Virus record (IMG/VR): IMGVR_UViG_3300030382_001297
Coordinates: 1-64,000 of that record
DNA: 64,000 nt
Origin: a virus
Direction: 5' to 3' (one strand)
The notes below the pieces were generated by a model. The model saw only the letters and a list, made by a program, of their open reading frames with translations. It did not search any database and was not told the origin of the DNA. The position numbers and the translations under genes are program-made. Below are positions 57,724 to 64,000 of this stretch, piece by piece; the first letter of the stretch is position 1; every line of letters starts with the position of its first letter.

Positions 57724-57823
57724 GAACGGAGTTCCACGTAAGAAGCCCAAGAAACGTAGAGTTAAAAAGGGCGAGAAAGCTTATCGTGGTAAAGATGGTA
57801 AACTCAGGAAGAAAAAGAGATGA
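57707..57823 (+). CDS. 38-aa protamine-like K/R-rich peptide
   Basis: MVRKNKNGVPRKKPKKRRVKKGEKAYRGKDGKLRKKKR; ATGA-coupled to the next ORF. Confidence 0.5.
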   Translation: MVRKNKNGVPRKKPKKRRVKKGEKAYRGKDGKLRKKKR

Positions 57824-58002
57824 GTATCACAAAAGAAGAAATTATCGCCACAATAGAGGCAGACTTAGCTGACGCTGAAACCAAGTTAAGTTCTCTTATG
57901 TCTACAGGAAGTATGAGTGAGGATGAAAGTAAGGTAGCTAATTATATAGGCAGATGTACCCTCCTCAATGATACAAAAACGTGGGTAACGGATAACCTCT
58001 AA
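57820..58002 (+). CDS. Hypothetical protein
   Basis: 60-aa coupled ORF. Confidence 0.5.
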   Translation: MSITKEEIIATIEADLADAETKLSSLMSTGSMSEDESKVANYIGRCTLLNDTKTWVTDNL

Positions 58003-58038
58003 GTAAGCTTTATATAGTAGGGGGTCCTACTATGTATA

Positions 58039-58100
58039 GGCTCTCACAGAAGGGCCAAGGCACCACAGGACACTTAAACGCAAGCGTCACGGTGGGAGCC
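58039..58100 (+). promoter_or_regulatory. Structured 5' leader of the terminase operon
   Basis: GGCTCTCAC/GTGGGAGCC closing stem begins ~23 nt after the TATA at 58005-58016. Confidence 0.45.
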
Positions 58101-58118
58101 CCAAAAAAGGAAAAAAAT

Positions 58119-58562
58119 ATGTCAAATAATACGACAAACGAACCAGCAACTAACGAGACTCTAGATAACGTTACTGCTGACGAAGTAAGCGAATCTGGAA
58201 TGATAGATGGTATATTGGATGCATTAACTGACTCACCTGAGCTCATGCTCGCCGTAGCAGTTATAGGAGCACTTGTTGCTTATATTGCATACACACAGCC
58301 AGCTGTAAAAGCGTTAATATATAAATTCGGAGGCTCTTATTTGAAGAACCACGAAGCCGAGATAGATAAATTAATCGAGGTACATTTAACGTCTGCCCAG
58401 TTGAAAGCTTATGAGAAGCTAGATGTTCTAGCACAAAAGCATGTTAAAGATGCAATGCTCAAAAACGTAATACTATCTGTATGGGACCAGAACGACGACA
58501 AATTTGTTGCCGCGGTCAAAGCAGAAACCAAAGCAGCTTTTGCTAGCGCAAAGACTCTTTGA
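58119..58562 (+). CDS. Single-TM membrane protein
   Basis: Start MSNNTT after the structured leader; TM segment LMLAVAVIGALVAYIAY. Confidence 0.6.
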   Translation: MSNNTTNEPATNETLDNVTADEVSESGMIDGILDALTDSPELMLAVAVIGALVAYIAYTQPAVKALIYKFGGSYLKNHEAEIDKLIEVHLTSAQLKAYEKLDVLAQKHVKDAMLKNVILSVWDQNDDKFVAAVKAETKAAFASAKTL

Positions 58563-58906
58563 ACGAACACGAGTATGAGCAGCGGTTACGCCAGCGAGTA
58601 GGTGAAGGAGAATATGAACGTCATAAAGAACTTGTACGCTTGCTGGCTCGCAATCTTGCTCTTGAAGACATATTGTGGGAAGAAATTTCTTTACATATTC
58701 GGGATGTTAACTTACGAACAGAGCTCTTGCGCCAAAGAAATTCAATCGTTCGTGACATACATACGGAATTCAGAGCATTAAACATAGAGATACCTACTGT
58801 AGTGGAACAGCGGACGGAAGGGTTTGCTAGTTTCTTGGAGGATTTAACAGATGACGAAAGCGATAAGAAACGAGACAAAGAAACTGAAAGCGACACTGAC
58901 AGGTAA
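58559..58906 (+). CDS. Putative terminase small subunit
   Basis: Helical 115-aa ORF (TTG start) overlapping the TerL start. Confidence 0.5.
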   Translation: MNEHEYEQRLRQRVGEGEYERHKELVRLLARNLALEDILWEEISLHIRDVNLRTELLRQRNSIVRDIHTEFRALNIEIPTVVEQRTEGFASFLEDLTDDESDKKRDKETESDTDR

Positions 58907-60563
58907 GAGCGCACATGATTCAAGAGAATTAGAAGAGATATTTGAAAGCTGTAGATATGATGAAGACAAAATGCTTAAATTGGTTAGAGCTTTTTGTGAA
59001 ACCTATTTAATTGATAATAAACAGCGCGCTTTAAAATTAAGACCACTCCAAGAAGAGATAATAGTTAAATCATTAACTCACCGTGAAGATGGTGGTCAAC
59101 GTAAATTAGCTATCTTAGCTCCACGAGGCAGTGGTAAATCTTATGCCTTAGCTGTAGCTGTGACTATCTATATGTTCTTTAAAAGATTTCGAGATTTAAT
59201 ATTTGTATTGGCTCCATCAGAGGACCAAGCAGCATTAATCTTTGGTTATGTTTATAGAAACTTTAAGGATAATAGATTTTTAGATAGCTTAGTAGATAAT
59301 TATAAATTTCACAATAAGCCCCATATACGCATGAAGGGGGGCACAATGATGCGTAGAGCTCCATTAGCGCCTAGTAATCAAGGGCAAGCTATACGAGGAC
59401 AACATCCTACTTTATGTATTGTGGACGAAAGTCCTCTAATTGATGACCATTTATTTGTAGATAACGTAGAACCAGCGATAGTTTCAAATAAGGCCCCGTT
59501 CATAAATTTAGGTACACCAAAGTCAAAAGAGAATCACATGTACCGATATCTCTACTCAGAAGCTTATGAAAGTAGTTTCACGAGATTGGTGTTTTCATGG
59601 AAAGACGCAATTAAACAAGGAGATGCTTATTCACCTCCTTATACTGAATTAGAAATGTTAGATAAGATGACGGAATGGGGGGAAGATTCTATCTACTGGA
59701 GGACAGAATACGAATGTGAGTTTGTAGAGAGTGTATCGCAAATATTCAATCCAGAAAAATTAAGGGACTGTTTTGATGAATACGAACCGTGGACCAGAGA
59801 GACTCTCGATGACGAGCGAGGAAATCTTCCTAATGAAATTTCTGTCGGTGTTGATGTTGGGAAATCTATTAACTCTACTGTTATTACCGGATGGGCAAGG
59901 GAAAAACTTACTACTGAGGACGGTGGACATGATATTGCCCGTCTTATATACGTGGAAGAAATCAATCCTAGAAGTGGTGGACACGATATTCCATACCAGC
60001 GTCAGCGTATCATTGACGTCTGTAATCGTTTGCACGCTAAGCGTCTTATCGTTGATTGTACTGGTATTGGTGGTGCGATTGAACAAGACTTAAGGGTAGA
60101 GTGTATAAATAGTAGTCCCCAGATACATTTCCTACCTTTCATTTTTACGGGTGGTCCGAGAGGGACGAAGACCCAGATATATAGAGATTACGTTTCTTAT
60201 ATCCAACAAAAACTAGTAAAGGTACCTAATCCAGAAAGCCAAGAACCTCATATAAAGAGATTAATTTTAAAATGGTATGCAGAACATAGAGACCTTGAAT
60301 ATACTATGGATGCAGCCAATAAGACCGAAAAGATAGCAGCTCCTTCCGGAAAACACGATGATTATTGTGATAGTTCGGTAATGGCGCTACATGCTACCTT
60401 ATCTATGCTTCCTGCTGGTGCAGGAGTGGCCTCATCTAATAGAGGCGGAAGTAATAGCGATAGAATACGAAGAGCACCCACTAGACAACAAAATTGGAGT
60501 GGAAAGTCTGTTTTAACCACAGCTGCTCGCTCTCATCGCCTTAATAAAGGTATACGCTTTTAG
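58851..60563 (+). CDS. terL: Terminase large subunit
   Basis: LRPLQ, APRGSGKS, CIVDES, LGTP, EYECEF, VGVDVG, HDDYCDS. Confidence 0.93.
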   Translation: MTKAIRNETKKLKATLTGKSAHDSRELEEIFESCRYDEDKMLKLVRAFCETYLIDNKQRALKLRPLQEEIIVKSLTHREDGGQRKLAILAPRGSGKSYALAVAVTIYMFFKRFRDLIFVLAPSEDQAALIFGYVYRNFKDNRFLDSLVDNYKFHNKPHIRMKGGTMMRRAPLAPSNQGQAIRGQHPTLCIVDESPLIDDHLFVDNVEPAIVSNKAPFINLGTPKSKENHMYRYLYSEAYESSFTRLVFSWKDAIKQGDAYSPPYTELEMLDKMTEWGEDSIYWRTEYECEFVESVSQIFNPEKLRDCFDEYEPWTRETLDDERGNLPNEISVGVDVGKSINSTVITGWAREKLTTEDGGHDIARLIYVEEINPRSGGHDIPYQRQRIIDVCNRLHAKRLIVDCTGIGGAIEQDLRVECINSSPQIHFLPFIFTGGPRGTKTQIYRDYVSYIQQKLVKVPNPESQEPHIKRLILKWYAEHRDLEYTMDAANKTEKIAAPSGKHDDYCDSSVMALHATLSMLPAGAGVASSNRGGSNSDRIRRAPTRQQNWSGKSVLTTAARSHRLNKGIRF

Positions 60564-60609
60564 CACAATCTTTATATACTCCTTTCGGTTTATATATATG
60601 TGACTAGCC

Positions 60610-61929
60610 ATGTCAATAATTGATAGAGTGCGAAGAAGGTTCGCAAATGTGGGGGCTAATCCCCCTTTCAAAGAGAACGACCCACGAGATTTCGGAGCAG
60701 GTGTCATTAAAAGACTCAAACTTCAAAATAACGGTTACAATGTAAGAGGAAAAGGAGATTTTGAACCACATATAGGTGCTCCACGTACTTATATGAATGT
60801 TTATTTACAAGACCCTGTTGTAAGAACATTAATAGACCTTCCATGCTTTTATGCTGTAAAAGATAACTTTGATATAGTAACAGAAGATGATGGTGTCCGA
60901 GATACTATCGAAGAGATGTTCAGAGATATAAATATTGAACAAACTATATATGGTTGGGTAAGAAACGCCCGTGTTTTTGGTACGGGTTATCTGGAGTGGA
61001 CTGGAGACAACTTAGTTCTTCGTTCTAGCCAAAACATGTACGTTAAGAGAAACGAGCATGGACAAATAATGTATTATTATCAAGATGTCGGAGATGATAA
61101 AGAAAATATCAGATTTGAAGAAGATGAGATAATAGAACTTAAAAATAATCCCTTTGACGATTATGCATATGGTTTATCTGATATACACCCTATAATGTAT
61201 CTGATAGACTTAAAAGATTATGCAGAAAGGGATATAGGAGCCGCACTTAATAAATATGCGATATCAAGATTTGATATATCTTGCGGTCTACCTGATATGC
61301 CCTATGGCCCTGATAAGATTAATGAGGTTGTAGACGCTTTTAATAATTTAGCACCCGGTGAAGATATAATTCACGGCAATGATATAGCTATTAAAGAATT
61401 AGGTGGAACACAGAGAGCATTTGAGTATGGAAAATATACTGACGATTTACTGGCTAAAATACACATGGCTTTAAAGGTTCCTTTAACTATGTGGAGCGAC
61501 CCTGAAAAGGCTCGTCCCATATTTGAGCCATATGTTAATTATTTACAGTCTGCGATAGAAGGTGCATTAAATGCACAGTTGATGCCTCAATTAGAATCCG
61601 GCGAAGCTAAATTTAGATTCCGAGCCGTTAATATAGATGATGCATTTACTAAAGCTAAGACAGACATGATATATTTATCTGAAGGCGTACTCTCACCCGG
61701 CGAAGTTAGAGAAGAACGTGGTCTTGACCCTGAAGGAGTTGTAGAATTAGATATGGAAACTTCTGAAGATGTTAAAGCATCACCACTCGAAGGTGGACCC
61801 GGTAAAAAGGAGAGCAGTAAGAACGCTAACATATCTGGAGGAAAAGATACAGATAAAAAAGAAGAGAGTGCGAGAGCACCAAATAGGGGAAACAAACCCT
61901 CCGCTAACGCGACAGGAGATAGAAAATGA
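60610..61929 (+). CDS. Portal protein
   Basis: Follows TerL; RNARVFGTGYLE, YGLSDI, ALKVP, GVLSPGEVREERGL. Confidence 0.88.
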   Translation: MSIIDRVRRRFANVGANPPFKENDPRDFGAGVIKRLKLQNNGYNVRGKGDFEPHIGAPRTYMNVYLQDPVVRTLIDLPCFYAVKDNFDIVTEDDGVRDTIEEMFRDINIEQTIYGWVRNARVFGTGYLEWTGDNLVLRSSQNMYVKRNEHGQIMYYYQDVGDDKENIRFEEDEIIELKNNPFDDYAYGLSDIHPIMYLIDLKDYAERDIGAALNKYAISRFDISCGLPDMPYGPDKINEVVDAFNNLAPGEDIIHGNDIAIKELGGTQRAFEYGKYTDDLLAKIHMALKVPLTMWSDPEKARPIFEPYVNYLQSAIEGALNAQLMPQLESGEAKFRFRAVNIDDAFTKAKTDMIYLSEGVLSPGEVREERGLDPEGVVELDMETSEDVKASPLEGGPGKKESSKNANISGGKDTDKKEESARAPNRGNKPSANATGDRK

Positions 61930-63191
61930 CGTACGAAAAATGTAAGACAACCGTAAGTGCAACACTAAAAAAGCGTGGTTTTGATAACCACAGCAATATG
62001 GCAGCTAGCATGTGTTCCATGTGGGCTGAGGAGAATGGTGTCGAGCGGGAATTTGCAGGAGAAACCGACAGAGTTGCTACTCAACGTACATTCGCTATTT
62101 CCCTTGAGGGAAATTCCGACATGACATTTAATAGCGATGAGGGGGTTGATTCTGTAACTTTCCCTGTGATAGCTATTACTTCTGGTCTCCATAAGTATAT
62201 GGAAGACGAGATAAACAAAAAGGTTTATATAGAACCGACCATCTTAAAAGATAGTATAGAGAAGTTCTCAGAGCTTCCTATATATATTAATCATCAACGA
62301 ACGCCTGAGGATTTAATCGGCATGGCTACTGACCCTGAGGTAATAGAATTGAAAGATGGAAAATATGGAATGCAAATGAAAGCTACTGTTAGTAACAAGA
62401 CAGGACACGGACAAGAAGTGATGAATAAGGTCAAGGACGGGGATATGACTCACGTTAGTATTGATTGGTTCTCCAATGATATTGACGTTATGGGTGACAC
62501 ATACGCCACCAAGTTACGTCCCACAGAGGTAAGTTTCATTGACAATGAAAAAATGGACCCCGTCTGTAAGGAATGTACGATAGGAAAGGAATGTAGTTTA
62601 CATGAGGCTAGTGACGACCACGACTGTGGTTGTGGTGGCACTGAAGGTTCATGTGAATGTGAAGACGGGAAGACAGAGGTCAAAACTATGACAGAAGAAA
62701 AAGTAGAAACCAATGTGAAATCCGATGCAGAGAACATTGTTGAACGCGAATTCGCTTCACTACGTGCTCAGCTGGAAGAGTTGAATGCTTCTAAAACGGA
62801 AGTCGAATCCCAGTATGCTGATGCTTTAAAACAAATTGAAGCATTTAAGCTCGCTGAGGAAGAGAGAGCCGCAAAGGAAGCTGAAGCAAGAAAGCTAGAG
62901 ACTATTGAAACGATTATATCCAAGGAAGTTCTTTTCGGCACAGTCGAAGAGGAAAAGAAGGATGCACGCGTTGAGGAACTATCTGCTTGGGATGAACCAA
63001 GGCTGACTGGATTCAGCGACGCATTAAATGCAATGCCTGTCCCAGAAGTAGACACAGAGAGACAATTCGGAAAAGGAAAATCCAATGACGGAGAAGCTCC
63101 AGCTGCTGAAGAGACAGAAAGGCAATTTAGTGTAGAATTAATAAAAGATGGGCAAGTAAGGCTCAACAAAGAATTACTAAGAGGTAATTAA
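61926..63191 (+). CDS. Prohead protease / scaffold fusion
   Basis: PIYINHQR..DLIG, VSIDW, EVSFID; Cys-rich linker; coiled-coil C-terminal half. Confidence 0.8.
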   Translation: MTYEKCKTTVSATLKKRGFDNHSNMAASMCSMWAEENGVEREFAGETDRVATQRTFAISLEGNSDMTFNSDEGVDSVTFPVIAITSGLHKYMEDEINKKVYIEPTILKDSIEKFSELPIYINHQRTPEDLIGMATDPEVIELKDGKYGMQMKATVSNKTGHGQEVMNKVKDGDMTHVSIDWFSNDIDVMGDTYATKLRPTEVSFIDNEKMDPVCKECTIGKECSLHEASDDHDCGCGGTEGSCECEDGKTEVKTMTEEKVETNVKSDAENIVEREFASLRAQLEELNASKTEVESQYADALKQIEAFKLAEEERAAKEAEARKLETIETIISKEVLFGTVEEEKKDARVEELSAWDEPRLTGFSDALNAMPVPEVDTERQFGKGKSNDGEAPAAEETERQFSVELIKDGQVRLNKELLRGN

Positions 63192-63193
63192 AT

Positions 63194-63583
63194 ATGGCAA
63201 CAGAAATATTAGTAAATGACGGTGGTGCACCAGCAAGAATTTTACCATTCACAGCTGGCAGCACAATTACCGCAGGATACCCTGTGCAGATGGGAGCAGA
63301 TGCAGAAATCGACCAGAACACAGTGGCAAACGGCAAACCACTAGGTTTTGCTTTGACCACGGTAACCAGCGGAAACGTAGCAAGTATTATAACAGGTCAC
63401 GGTATTGTAATCAATGCGTACTGCTCTGGAACTATTGGACGAGGAGACGGTGTAGCTACATTAGCTGACGGTAACCTAGGACAATCTTCCGCAGTAGCTA
63501 ACTCAATCGGTTATTACATCGACCCAAGTGGTGCGCACTCAGGTGCAGCTACATTACAACGTATACTGTATCAGGGGCTATAA
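63194..63583 (+). CDS. Capsid decoration/cement protein
   Basis: 129-aa G/A/T-rich protein between protease and MCP; FTAGSTITAG, PLGFAL. Confidence 0.65.
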   Translation: MATEILVNDGGAPARILPFTAGSTITAGYPVQMGADAEIDQNTVANGKPLGFALTTVTSGNVASIITGHGIVINAYCSGTIGRGDGVATLADGNLGQSSAVANSIGYYIDPSGAHSGAATLQRILYQGL

Positions 63584-63597
63584 GGAGAACATAAAAC

Positions 63598-64000
63598 ATG
63601 GCAGCATTAAACTCAAATTTAGCACCCGGTGTACTGACGACCCTAAATACAGGAGCGGCAGATGGCGGCGTGGGCGAACGTGTACTTATTGACTATAAAG
63701 ATGCAATTCAGGACTACAAAGTTGTAGACCTACCTGCATTGTCAATGTTCTGCGACCCTATGACTACAGACACCGGCGGTGATATTGATATCACCTTCGC
63801 AAAACCCTCAATGGGTATGGAAGAAATCAACGAAGGAAACACTCCTAAGTACCAACACACCAACTTACGCTCCGAGAGAGTGTCCGTTGATGAGTGGGGA
63901 CTTGCAGTAGGTGTAACCCGAAGAATGATAGAAGACTCAAGATTCAACGAAGTAGAAATGGCTTTGAACGAAGCACGAAGAGCAGTTGATAGACACGTTA
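63598..64000 (+). CDS. Major capsid protein (HK97 fold), 3'-truncated by the window end
   Basis: AGGAG RBS; EEINEGNTPK...VDEWGLAVGVTRRMIEDS; frame open to the window end. Confidence 0.85.
   Translation, partial: MAALNSNLAPGVLTTLNTGAADGGVGERVLIDYKDAIQDYKVVDLPALSMFCDPMTTDTGGDIDITFAKPSMGMEEINEGNTPKYQHTNLRSERVSVDEWGLAVGVTRRMIEDSRFNEVEMALNEARRAVDRHV

Larger units (their letters stand above)
1..64000. mobile_element. Tailed archaeal virus genome segment (magrovirus-like; probable Marine Group II host)
   Basis: Terminase, portal, protease, HK97-like MCP, tape measure and tail genes occur together with archaeal-type PolB, primase, aIF-1A and TATA promoters. No host housekeeping genes or integrase seen. 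Confidence 0.88.

Noticed and set aside
58039-58100. Glycine riboswitch
   Set aside because: Only a faint GAAGG..CAA resemblance; the GGAGA and CUCUCAGG core elements are not in the required order.

Overview
The window is most of the genome of a tailed archaeal virus (Caudoviricetes, siphovirus-type tail). It most resembles the magroviruses predicted to infect Marine Group II Poseidoniales. Evidence for an archaeal host: archaeal-type PolB, AEP primase, aIF-1A, an Sm-like protein, BRE/TATA promoters and a GCTD-repeat surface protein. Layout: tail module on + (1-18.3 kb); replication and nucleotide-metabolism genes plus many microproteins on - (18.3-43.8 kb); a mostly non-coding control region (43.8-49.4 kb); then glycan-modification, packaging and head genes on + up to a truncated major capsid gene. 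The most unusual signals: (i) a ~600-nt self-closing structured non-coding element at 36.9-37.5 kb; (ii) an adjacent hairpin whose loop is antisense to ribosome-binding/start sites of control-region genes; (iii) an array of manA-like and tRNA-like RNAs at 47 kb with a shared junction motif; (iv) a 36-aa microprotein copying the capsid N-terminal motif GxRVLIDYK with different codons; (v) five triple-TATA promoter cassettes with identical spacing; (vi) a -1 frameshift in the tail chaperone genes; (vii) apparent GATC avoidance alongside a solitary restriction-like nuclease. All calls come from reading motifs by eye; no searches or folding programs were run.
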